Origin: Halodesulfurarchaeum sp.
GTDB lineage: Archaea; Halobacteriota; Halobacteria; Halobacteriales; Halobacteriaceae
Direction: 5' to 3'
Length of the DNA stretch: 64,000 bases
Assembly: GCA_042216015.1 (NCBI GenBank)
Contig: JBDGUI010000015.1
Coordinates: 30,613-94,612 of the forward strand
A model generated the notes under the pieces. That model was not told where the DNA came from and searched no databases. It saw nothing but the letters and a program-made list of their open reading frames with translations. Positions 19,663 through 28,440 of the stretch are shown one piece after another (the first letter of the stretch is position 1; every line of letters begins with the position of its first letter). The position numbers and the translations under genes were made by a program.

Positions 19663-20688
19663 TCAGGGCTCGTCGTCTCCGGTCGTGCTCTCTCCGCCTT
19701 CCGAGTCGGAACGAGCCAGCTGCTCTTCGAGTTGGGGATCCGTTCCAAGGAGCCGGGCGACGCCGGCGAGCGGTCTCGAGAGGGCGTCTTTCGATCGGGA
19801 GATGCCCCTGGACGGTGGTTTCGTCTCTTCGTCGACCCGCCAGCCCAGCAGTTTCCCGTGGATCATCGTGTAGAGCAGATCGTGATTCGACGGCATGAGC
19901 GGGAAGTAGGCGTGCAGGAGAATCGAGGCCACGAACACCGCAGTCGAGATGAGGTGGAGCCGGAGCATCCCCTCGAACGTCAACCACCCCTCCATGAATC
20001 CGAGCGCCGAGAGCCACCAGGCCGGATCGGTCGCGAGTTGCTTCCAGAGGGCGAATCCCGAAAGCGTCAACACCCCGACACCGAGCCAGGTCGCATACCA
20101 GAAAGCGGTCTGAGTTGGATGGTGAGCCACCCACTCCCCCTTTTCCTCGTCGTAGGTCCGGCGCGCCTGCTTGTAGCCGGGAATGTAGCTCGCGAGACCG
20201 AGAAACGCGAGCGCAATGATGATCTGTTCTTTTACCTGCTTGACCGTGACAATGGGGGACTTCCCGTCCACGACGAACGAATAGAACGGGTACAGGAGGA
20301 AGGCAAAGACCACGAGCAGGCCCCCCGCCCACACGTGACTGAGAAAGGCCACGTGGTAGCCGCCGAAGATTCCGATCTTCAGTGGCCCGTAGGTACCGAG
20401 CCACTTCGTCAGCCCGGTGACCGTCGCGATCACCATGAGGAGGACCATGAGCCAGTGCGAGAGGATCGTCCCCCAGCTGTGGAAGTCGAGATACGTTCGA
20501 TCCTCCTTGTTCAGGTACTCGAAGCGCTCGTGTTCGTCGGCGAGCGAGAGCCAGGTCCGCGCGAGCCAGCCGTCAGCCTCCCCCTCACCACCGGTATCCG
20601 AGGCCACCCCGCCATCGGGACGGGCGGTCTCCTCGTTCGTGTCCAGGCCGCGTTCGCGGTCCGGACCGCGTGTTCCCGCCCCAGTCAT
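19663..20688 (-). CDS. Hydrogenase b-type cytochrome subunit
   Basis: SHW...HVW...HHPTQ...LHL...LHAY heme-ligand histidines in 4 TM helices; ATG 20688 overlaps the large-subunit stop. Confidence 0.85.
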   Translation of the reverse strand: MTGAGTRGPDRERGLDTNEETARPDGGVASDTGGEGEADGWLARTWLSLADEHERFEYLNKEDRTYLDFHSWGTILSHWLMVLLMVIATVTGLTKWLGTYGPLKIGIFGGYHVAFLSHVWAGGLLVVFAFLLYPFYSFVVDGKSPIVTVKQVKEQIIIALAFLGLASYIPGYKQARRTYDEEKGEWVAHHPTQTAFWYATWLGVGVLTLSGFALWKQLATDPAWWLSALGFMEGWLTFEGMLRLHLISTAVFVASILLHAYFPLMPSNHDLLYTMIHGKLLGWRVDEETKPPSRGISRSKDALSRPLAGVARLLGTDPQLEEQLARSDSEGGESTTGDDEP

Positions 20689-22226
20689 CAGAGCCCTCCG
20701 GTGAGGTCCGGTTGGACCGGTTGAACCGAGGTTTCGAACTCCTCGTTCGGGCTTTGCAGGTGCACAGCACAGGCCAGACACGGATCCATCGAGCGGATGG
20801 TTCGCAACACGTTGATCGGGTTGTCCATGTCCTCGACCACGTCGCCGACGACACCCTCCTCGAGGGGACTTGGTTGTCCTTCGGCATCACGCGGCCCGAG
20901 GTTCCAGATCGTCGGCGTGATGATCTGGTAGCGCTCGATTTCGCCGTTCTTGACGTCCATGTAGTGCGAGAGGGTGCCGCGGGACGGTTCGAACAGCCCG
21001 ACGCCCTTGCCGGTGAAGTCGTCGGTCCAGTCATCGGCCATGAACGACTTCGACGGGTCGATGGCGTCGAGCCAGGTGAGCACCTGATCCCGGACGACCA
21101 GTGCCTCCTGGGCCCGGGCGATGAGCCGGTTGAGCGTGTTGCTCTTTGCTTTCCCCCCGCCGAGCGTCGCCCGCAGGTCGAAGGGGTCGAGATCCGAGAT
21201 GACCATCCGGGCCAGGGGACCGACCTCCATCGATTCGCCCTCGAACCGGGGGGCCTTGCCCCACGAGTACGCCTTCTCCTTGTCCGGGGCCGGGTTCGGG
21301 GGTTGGGCCTCCGTCGGCGCGCCGGCGGATTCGTCCGTGAACCAGGTGTACTCGGTGTCCTCCGTGATGCCGGCGACCACCTCCTCCTTGGTCAGTTCCT
21401 CGACGGCCCCGTCGCGATAGACCCCGCGGGTGAGGAACAGGTCGCCGGACTCGGGCTGCTCGAAGATGCCGTTGCTGTAGAATCGGCCCGGCCCCTGACC
21501 GATGTCCGCGGCCCCGGCCTCGGCCGCGGCGACGAGAATCGAGACGATGTCGTGCAGTCCGGGACCCAGCGAGGGGTCGAACTCGCCGTTTTTCACGTTC
21601 TCGATGACCTGCGGGACGGCATCGGTCGGTCCGAGCCAGTTGCTCACTTCCCCGACGTACGATTTCACCGACTCGATCGTGGTCTGATCGGGGCTGGTGG
21701 CCATTCCCCCCGGGACGTAGGATACCGGGTGCGGGGCACGCCCGCCGAATTCCGCGAGGGCCTTCATGACCTTTCGCTGGTTTTCCATCGCCGCCATGTA
21801 CCCGTCACCCTCTAGGGGATCGAGCCGTTCGAATCCGGTTCCGGCCACGGCGTCGCTATAATCGGGACCCGCGAGGGCGAACAGGTGAACGGCGTGGTTC
21901 CAGAGGTAGAAGATCCCCTCGACGGCGTCACGGAGCAGGACCGCGTTCTTGGGCGGACCCCCGAAGTCCACGTCGTCGGATTTCATGGCCGCGTCCTCTG
22001 CTGCCTTCGAGGAACAGAGCCGGTGACAGAGGAAACAGACCCCACAGACCATCCCCGTGATCTGTGGCGCATCAGATGGAGGCCGGCCGAGCGTGACGAT
22101 CTCGGCCCCCCGGAACATTTCCATGTGGCTTTTGGCCTCCGTGACCGTTCCGTCGGCGTCTACCTGCAGGGTGATCCCGTGATGGCCCTCGATTCGTGTC
22201 GTCGGATCGATTTCGATTTCTGGCAT
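20688..22226 (-). CDS. [NiFe]-hydrogenase large subunit (group 1, uptake type)
   Basis: DPTTRIEGH, CGVC, and DPCLACAVH followed by a cleavable C-terminal tail; no in-frame Sec codon. Confidence 0.96.
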   Translation of the reverse strand: MPEIEIDPTTRIEGHHGITLQVDADGTVTEAKSHMEMFRGAEIVTLGRPPSDAPQITGMVCGVCFLCHRLCSSKAAEDAAMKSDDVDFGGPPKNAVLLRDAVEGIFYLWNHAVHLFALAGPDYSDAVAGTGFERLDPLEGDGYMAAMENQRKVMKALAEFGGRAPHPVSYVPGGMATSPDQTTIESVKSYVGEVSNWLGPTDAVPQVIENVKNGEFDPSLGPGLHDIVSILVAAAEAGAADIGQGPGRFYSNGIFEQPESGDLFLTRGVYRDGAVEELTKEEVVAGITEDTEYTWFTDESAGAPTEAQPPNPAPDKEKAYSWGKAPRFEGESMEVGPLARMVISDLDPFDLRATLGGGKAKSNTLNRLIARAQEALVVRDQVLTWLDAIDPSKSFMADDWTDDFTGKGVGLFEPSRGTLSHYMDVKNGEIERYQIITPTIWNLGPRDAEGQPSPLEEGVVGDVVEDMDNPINVLRTIRSMDPCLACAVHLQSPNEEFETSVQPVQPDLTGGL

Positions 22227-22248
22227 GGTCTTCTATGAATTCCCGTGA

Positions 22249-23346
22249 TCAGTCGCTTTTCCCCTCGGCTCGCTCCGTCTCTTCGGCCGCTTCGAAGTTG
22301 CCGTATCCCATCGCCCGGCGCCCGAGATGCGCGCCGATTCCGGCGGCTCCGGCGATGACGGCGGCGCCTCCCACGTCGGTGGCGTCGACCTCGCCGAGAA
22401 TCGCGCTTCCCTCCATTTCCTGCTGGAAGGGGGTGAACCGGTCCCAGAAACCGGGCTCCATACACCCGATGCAGGGGGCACCGACGTTGAGACAGACGGT
22501 GGTCCCGTCGTTCCAGAGTCGTTGCTGGTCATCACAGTAGGTGTAGGGCCCCTTGCAGCCGGTTTTCAGGAGACAGCCCTCACCACCCGGTTTCTCGGCG
22601 AACTCCCCGCGGTCGAACTGGCCCCGATGGATGCAATTGTCGTGGACCAGCGGTTCGTAGAAGGGTTTCGGTCGGTTGTATTCGTCGAGTTCGGGGATGT
22701 GACCGTTCAGGACGGTCGCGAGGGTCAACAGAACGTACTCGGGGTTGGGTGGACAGCCGCTCAGGTTGACGACCGGGAGCCCGGCACCGCCGGTGAAATC
22801 CTCCCCGAGAAGGCCACCGATCTCCCGCTTCTCGAACTGCAACCCCTTCGCCCCGGTGACATTCTCGCCGAGGCCGTAGAGACGCTTTTTGTTCTCCGCG
22901 GCCGGCCACCCGCCGAACGAGGCACAGTTGCCGACGCTGACGACGATATCCGCCTTCGGGGCGAGGTCGGTGACCCAATCCTCGGCCGACTTGCCTCCGA
23001 TCATGGCTGCCTCCGGAATATCCGTCGGAATCGCCCCCTCGACGACGAGGATGTCTGGGTCCTTGCTCATCGACTCGATCGCCGACTCGCCCGCCTTGGC
23101 CATGATCGTCGGATGGAAGGTGACCTCGAGCCGAAAGGCGTTCAGGGCGTCCTCCAGGGTCGGGTACTGGGCCTGCAGGGTCGAAATCGTACAGCCCGTA
23201 CAGGATTGCCCCTGGAACCAGACGACCTCCTTTGTCCCATCGGTCGCCTGCTCGAGGGCCCGAGCGATATCTGTCGAGTACTGGGTGATGACTCCCCCGG
23301 CAGCGGTGGTGCCCGCGAGGCGGAGGAAGTTACGACGGGTTGTCAT
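22249..23346 (-). CDS. [NiFe]-hydrogenase small subunit with Tat signal and C-terminal membrane anchor
   Basis: TRRNFLR, CTGC, GNCA, GCPP, HDNC, CIGC; C-terminal helix carries His (GIGAHL). Confidence 0.95.
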   Translation of the reverse strand: MTTRRNFLRLAGTTAAGGVITQYSTDIARALEQATDGTKEVVWFQGQSCTGCTISTLQAQYPTLEDALNAFRLEVTFHPTIMAKAGESAIESMSKDPDILVVEGAIPTDIPEAAMIGGKSAEDWVTDLAPKADIVVSVGNCASFGGWPAAENKKRLYGLGENVTGAKGLQFEKREIGGLLGEDFTGGAGLPVVNLSGCPPNPEYVLLTLATVLNGHIPELDEYNRPKPFYEPLVHDNCIHRGQFDRGEFAEKPGGEGCLLKTGCKGPYTYCDDQQRLWNDGTTVCLNVGAPCIGCMEPGFWDRFTPFQQEMEGSAILGEVDATDVGGAAVIAGAAGIGAHLGRRAMGYGNFEAAEETERAEGKSD

Positions 23347-23676
23347 AGTTACAGGGTCACATGTATCAAAACCATCGGTAGTTCATTAAAAGCGGACTTT
23401 CGTTCTCAGCTGTTGCGAACACCCACACATCTGTCGTTCGGTTGCCCATATCAATACTCCAAGAGACGGGCGTAAGGAAGCTATCGTCCGGAGAAGACAG
23501 GTGATACGAACAATCAATAGTGTGTTATATTGTAATTTTCATACAACACATTTGGCCTGAGCCGGAGCTGGATTTTTGGTACCCACATAACCTACCGTCA
23601 AGATACCAGGTGCCCAATAGACGGTAATTCGGGTTGTCTGACGGGAGATGCAGGGAAGAGCCAGAACGTCATGGTC

Positions 23677-24366
23677 TCAACAGCGACGGTTCCCGATGAT
23701 CCCCTCGAAGTTTTCGAAAACCCGTGTCGCGACGCTGGCCTCCTCGTACCTCGATTCGGTGATTCCCGAGAGGACTTCCTCGATGCGCTCCTCGGCAAGA
23801 TCCTTTCGCTCGGTGACCTCGATCGCCGTCTCCATGTCGTATTCCGGGTGGAATTGCACCCCATAAGTGAGTCCCAGGCGAAACGCCTGATTGCCGACCT
23901 CGTTTTCGGCGAGTGACTCGGCACCGTCGGGCAGTTCGTACACGCGATCCGAGTGAGTCTCGAAGGCCACGAATTCCTCCGGAATTCCCTGGAGAAGACG
24001 GCTCTCTCGAATTCGTTCGATCGTCTTGTAGCCGAGCTCGTACCGGTCCATCGCCACGATCCGCCCGCCGAGTGCCTGGGCGAGGAACTGATGACCCCAA
24101 CAGATCCCGAGAGTCGGGATGCCGCCGGCGTGGACCCGCCGGGACCAGGACGTGAGCTCGTGAATCCACTCCCGGTCCTCGTACACCGAGCACTGTGAGC
24201 CGCTGATGAGCACCCCGTCAAACGTCCATTCCTCGGCCGTGGGCGGTGGCGGAATGTCCCCCTCGCTGACTTTGAACGTGGTCGTTTCAGCGGTCGTCAT
24301 CCGCTCCAGATTCTCCCTGGCTGGCGTTTCACCGATGGACGCGTCGATGATCGCGATGTGGATCAC
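23677..24366 (-). CDS. Type 1 glutamine amidotransferase (GMP synthase-like)
   Basis: ISGS, LGICWGHQ, QFHPE; start set at GTG 24366. Confidence 0.88.
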   Translation of the reverse strand: MIHIAIIDASIGETPARENLERMTTAETTTFKVSEGDIPPPPTAEEWTFDGVLISGSQCSVYEDREWIHELTSWSRRVHAGGIPTLGICWGHQFLAQALGGRIVAMDRYELGYKTIERIRESRLLQGIPEEFVAFETHSDRVYELPDGAESLAENEVGNQAFRLGLTYGVQFHPEYDMETAIEVTERKDLAEERIEEVLSGITESRYEEASVATRVFENFEGIIGNRRC

Positions 24367-24484
24367 GCGAAAGTCTATGCGACCGACCCGTATTATATTG
24401 TGGATTGGTCCCACAGCCGTCCGATATCGTGCTCCGTCGGGCCGCTCCGAGATGTTTAACCGACCGGGTCACGAACGGGGCCCC

Positions 24485-24931
24485 ATGTCGTTGACACTCG
24501 TCGGTACCCGTCTCGCCACCCCCGGTACGGAGTTCGTGTACCGGGGTGAGGCTGCCGGGTGTGACGGGTGTCCGTACCGCAAGCAGTGTCTCAATCTCGA
24601 GGAGGGAACCCGCTATCGGATCACCGAAGTGCGGGATGGCGGCGAAGTCCTGGACTGTGCAGTCCACGACGATGGCGTGCTGGCGGTGGACGTGGAGACG
24701 GCACAGGTCACGGCAAACGTCCCCTCGAAGGGGGCCTATGCCGGCAGTCGGGTGACCCTCGCCGGTCCCTGTCCACACACCGAGTGCCCGAGTCACGACC
24801 TCTGTGAACCGCTCGGTGCCGACATGGACGCCGAGTATCGAATCGTCGAGGTCGAGGGGGAGCCACCCCACGAGACGTGTCAGTTGAACCGCGCGCTCAC
24901 GAAGGCCACGCTCGCACCGACGAATCGCTAA
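24485..24931 (+). CDS. UPF0179 family protein
   Basis: TLVG.RLA..G.EF.Y.G....CDGCPYRKQCLNL, an archaeal Cys-rich family. Confidence 0.88.
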   Translation: MSLTLVGTRLATPGTEFVYRGEAAGCDGCPYRKQCLNLEEGTRYRITEVRDGGEVLDCAVHDDGVLAVDVETAQVTANVPSKGAYAGSRVTLAGPCPHTECPSHDLCEPLGADMDAEYRIVEVEGEPPHETCQLNRALTKATLAPTNR

Positions 24932-24990
24932 GCTGACCGGCGGTTTCCGAATCGTGGTCGTGTCGGTCCGCTGATAAGTGTCAGGGGTTC

Positions 24991-25779
24991 TCAGACTGGG
25001 GACACCGACCCCTGTCTCTCGCCCCGGTACCCGAAAATGTCCCGGTAGCCGTAGGCCGAGAGGAGCACCGGCCAGAAGGAGCGATCCGCGTGGATCGGTC
25101 GTCCGTCCGCGGCCGCAAACACGTCGCCCTCCTCGACGTGGGAGAAGTTGGCCACATACACCTCGTAACTCCCCGCTTCGGGTTTCTGAATCGGCGATCC
25201 GAGCTCGAAAAGCGGGTGTTCGACTGGATCGAGTTCACCCGGAAGCGCCCCCGTCGCGATCAGGAACTCCCGTGCCAGTCGCTTCGCGTTCTCGGTCGCC
25301 GCCTCGCTCCCCTGGTAGCCCGCCTCGATCTCGATCGCCGTGGCGGTCGTATCGAAGATCCGACCGTCCTCCGGCGGTCCGGCGTCGACGACGGCCTCGA
25401 CCGAGAGGCGGGAGACGATCGGCTCGACCCCCGCAGTCACCCCCGAAACGATCGCGAAGGGGTCCGCGCTCGACTGCGTCGAGTGAATCGAAAGGACCGT
25501 CTTGCCTCGGATCTGGCGTTCGAGGGTCCCCGCGAGAGTGGCCTCGTGGGCGCTCCCCACGGCCACGTAATCGAACGATCGGTTGAGATCGGCGTCGATG
25601 TACCGGACCTCCCGCTCGAGGGCCTCCTCGTTTGCCACGATTAGCTTGACCGGGCGTGAAACCGTCGGTCGTTCCTCGAGGAGCCACTCGACGGCCCGCT
25701 CGCCGCAGGGTTCATCGCCATGGACGCCCCCGACGATCACGAGTTCCGGATCGCCGGACCCGAGCTGTGCGACTCGCAT
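24991..25779 (-). CDS. Succinylglutamate desuccinylase/aspartoacylase family protein
   Basis: GGVHGDEPCG, RYIDADLNRSF, SIHST, IEAG; start ATG 25779. Confidence 0.88.
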   Translation of the reverse strand: MRVAQLGSGDPELVIVGGVHGDEPCGERAVEWLLEERPTVSRPVKLIVANEEALEREVRYIDADLNRSFDYVAVGSAHEATLAGTLERQIRGKTVLSIHSTQSSADPFAIVSGVTAGVEPIVSRLSVEAVVDAGPPEDGRIFDTTATAIEIEAGYQGSEAATENAKRLAREFLIATGALPGELDPVEHPLFELGSPIQKPEAGSYEVYVANFSHVEEGDVFAAADGRPIHADRSFWPVLLSAYGYRDIFGYRGERQGSVSPV

Positions 25780-25954
25780 CACTTCCCCGTCAGAGAGAGG
25801 CGAGTAAAAAGGGCGTGACTTCGTTGCCCATGCGATCCCTCGATCGACGGCCCCTGCCACACAAAAGTCGATGATTGGAGCCTCACGAAGGTCGACGGCC
25901 CCGGTTTCGCGACCCGCGATGGCCCCGACTCCCCAACGGCCGAATACCGAAGCC

Positions 25955-26443
25955 TCACGAAAGCGCAGCCGCGTATTCGAGATCCACATCCCTCGCGGTC
26001 GGATAGGCCCCGTCGAGGGCAATCTCGAGAGATTCGACCCTGGACGGTTTGTGCCGGATGGCCGTGATGTCGCCTCGAAGCGTCTCGACGTCGACCCCAT
26101 AGAATCGAGCGGGAATCCCGACCAGATAGCCGTGGGCCGAATCCAGAAGCTTCCGGAGGCCGGCTTCGTTCCCGAAGTCGACGTACTTGTACATCCCCGC
26201 GGCCACCTGGGTCATTCCCTGGAGGAAGGACTTCTCCATGGTCCCGTTGCCGTAGTTGAACCACTCGTCCTCGAAGCAGTCGTGGGCCGCGTGATACTCG
26301 CCAGCGTTCACGAGACGGACCCCGTGGATCGTGGCCCGCCGGAGGGTGTCGTGTTCCCATCGAACCTCCCCGGGCAGCCACCCCGGCGGGTTCCGGCCCG
26401 ACGGCGGTGGCTCGACCGACGGATCACGGGTGTGCTCGTCCAT
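25955..26443 (-). CDS. DUF309 domain protein
   Basis: NAGEYHAAHDCFEDEW...FLQGMTQVAAG. Confidence 0.85.
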   Translation of the reverse strand: MDEHTRDPSVEPPPSGRNPPGWLPGEVRWEHDTLRRATIHGVRLVNAGEYHAAHDCFEDEWFNYGNGTMEKSFLQGMTQVAAGMYKYVDFGNEAGLRKLLDSAHGYLVGIPARFYGVDVETLRGDITAIRHKPSRVESLEIALDGAYPTARDVDLEYAAALS

Positions 26444-26585
26444 GCAGCCAGAAAGGCAACAGATATCGGTGTACCCTCGGAAGGGCGATGGTTTCGCCGG
26501 TAATCGATGCCCAAGTGGCGGACCCCACCATCCTCGCCGGCCTTCGCAACGCTAAAGCGAGTCGGTTCCCAACCGCAATTCGCGT

Positions 26586-26669
26586 GCGAGGGTAGCCAAG
26601 CTCGGAAACGGCGGCGGACTCAAGATCCGCTCCTGTAGAGGTCCAAGGGTTCAAATCCCTTCCCTCGCA
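26586..26669 (+). tRNA. tRNA-Leu(CAA)
   Basis: Acceptor stem GCGAGGG/CCCTCGC, anticodon arm GCGGA-CTCAAGA-TCCGC, long variable arm, GGTTCAAATCC T-loop; CCA not encoded. Confidence 0.97.
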
Positions 26670-26873
26670 CTGCAAAGTGCAGAAGACCCGGAGCGGTCTT
26701 CCCTCGCAAACCTTCTCGGGAAACAAAATCGGACAACGACTATTGACGATCATATCTATTTCCCTTCCCTCGTGCTCGCGAGCACCCCGAGCGAGCGCCT
26801 GGAAGACGAACGGAGTGAGTCTTCCAACGGCACTGCAAAGTGCAGAAGACCCGGAGCGGTCTTCCCTCGCAAA
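26667..26873 (+). repeat. 44-bp direct repeat (x2) made of two hairpins, downstream of tRNA-Leu
   Basis: GCACTGCAAAGTGCAGAAGACCCGGAGCGGTCTTCCCTCGCAAA at 26667-26710 and 26830-26873. Confidence 0.9.
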
Positions 26874-27313
26874 ACGGGGTCGGGCGGTGAGACCTCGACG
26901 GCGAACGGGGCAGGACGACCCGACCCGCCCCTTTTTCCATGGCTGCTTCGCAGTCTCCACTCGCGGCGGCTAAGCCGCCGTTCGGGGTTCGTGGGGTCTT
27001 CGATCACATTCTGTCGAAAGACTAAAGAGAGGCCACAAGCAGAGGTGCCCATCAGGTGGAGTGCCGACAGGACTGGTTCACGACCGTTCCTGTCGCGGCA
27101 GGGGTTCGAATCCATTCCCCGGTTCTCACGAGCGAATCGAGAGCGTGGAGTATGCAAGCGTGGAGGGAATGAAAGTGCGGGGCCAAGTGGGGTCGTGGAT
27201 GTGAACCCAGATTCTCACGGATCGGTCCCCCACCATCCCGGGAAGATTGATCCGGGTCGCGCCCGTACGTCGATTGGCCACAGTCGCGGATCCACAGCCC
27301 CCGCGAGATCTGT

Positions 27314-28333
27314 ATGACTGGCCAAGACACCCACGCCCGAGACCGATCCGATCGGCTCGACGCACCGCGTCGCGAGTTGCTCCGACGGATCGGGATCGGC
27401 GCCATCGCCGGGGGTTTCGCCCGGGTGTTCTACGAGTATACGGGATTCGGTCACCTCACGGCCACGAATCTCAGACGACAGGACCTCGAGCCCCTTCTAC
27501 GGGACCGGCTCGAACCGTCCCCGTTCTCCGTCCCGGTCGCCGATGGGCGATTCTGGTTCACCGGCGAGGAGTGGAACAGCGCGGCGGCGGAAAACGGAGC
27601 CGAGCGGGGATCCGTGGCCGGATCGACGCGGCAAACTGACGGGCATCACGACCACCTGACGGACCGATTCAGCAGGGATCTACGGGCACTCAGGAGCGGC
27701 GATTTCACCGTCCCCGTGCTGTCACTGTCCGATTTTCTCGATCGAGGTGGGGAGGGACGTACCCGACCGCTCGCCGTCGCCGCGCTTCGGGGAGAGGGGT
27801 TCCAATCCCCGGATCCGGAAATGATTCGACGGTTCACTGGAGTGGATCCGGCCGACATCCGGGCGGTGATCGATGGACTCGGGTCGGGATTTAGGGCCCA
27901 CACTCATTTCGATGCCAGGCGGTACCTTGCCGCGGCAATCGAGCGGTACCTCCTGCTCGAGACGATCCCGGTGGCCGATCCGTCCCGCGACCCGACGGAT
28001 TTCGAAGCGATCCTCACGGGATCGACGGGCCTGTACTGTTACGAATACGCGCTGCGATCCATCGAAGCGTTTCACGCAATCGAGCCCACCAGACAGTCGA
28101 TCCCGGTCTTCGGGGGAATCGTCATCGACGACCGCCACAATCACGCGTACACGGCACTCGGGACCGTGCTCCGGGAAGCGGGCGGACTTCGGCTCCCGTT
28201 CACCTTCGTCGATTACTTCTATACGGCCCTCTTCGACTCGCTCCGGGCGGGGTGGCTGGTGGGAGAGGAGATCGGCGCGTACGACCGATTCCACCGGGCC
28301 ACCCGTGTGCACTATGACAACGTTTACGGGTGA
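27314..28333 (+). CDS. Hypothetical protein with Tat-like signal, possible transglutaminase-like fold
   Basis: PRRELLRR plus a hydrophobic stretch; GLYCYEYA...HNHAY...FVDY. Confidence 0.6.
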   Translation: MTGQDTHARDRSDRLDAPRRELLRRIGIGAIAGGFARVFYEYTGFGHLTATNLRRQDLEPLLRDRLEPSPFSVPVADGRFWFTGEEWNSAAAENGAERGSVAGSTRQTDGHHDHLTDRFSRDLRALRSGDFTVPVLSLSDFLDRGGEGRTRPLAVAALRGEGFQSPDPEMIRRFTGVDPADIRAVIDGLGSGFRAHTHFDARRYLAAAIERYLLLETIPVADPSRDPTDFEAILTGSTGLYCYEYALRSIEAFHAIEPTRQSIPVFGGIVIDDRHNHAYTALGTVLREAGGLRLPFTFVDYFYTALFDSLRAGWLVGEEIGAYDRFHRATRVHYDNVYG

Positions 28334-28440
28334 GGACGGCGGAATTTGCACATCACGACACGACTAAAACGGGCCGACTACTCAGAACGCTACATGGAAG
28401 ACGCTACCGTCGCCACCCGCCACGGGGACGGTGGGTGTTC

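Noticed and set aside
20760..20790. [NiFeSe] hydrogenase / selenocysteine recoding
   Set aside because: L2 reads DPCLAC with ordinary Cys codons and no in-frame TGA.
23517..23544. NikR operator (TCATAC half-site)
   Set aside because: No GTATGA partner at the E. coli-type 16-bp spacing.
26726..26739. 14-mer AAATCGGACAACGA repeated at 38650
   Set aside because: A few 14-mer matches are expected by chance in 64 kb, and the flanks are not similar.
26667..26873. CRISPR or intact integrative element at tRNA-Leu
   Set aside because: Two repeats separated by 119 nt; no integrase, cas or cargo genes.
27095..27125. Second tRNA gene
   Set aside because: A T-loop-like word is present, but I could not build an acceptor stem or D/anticodon arms.
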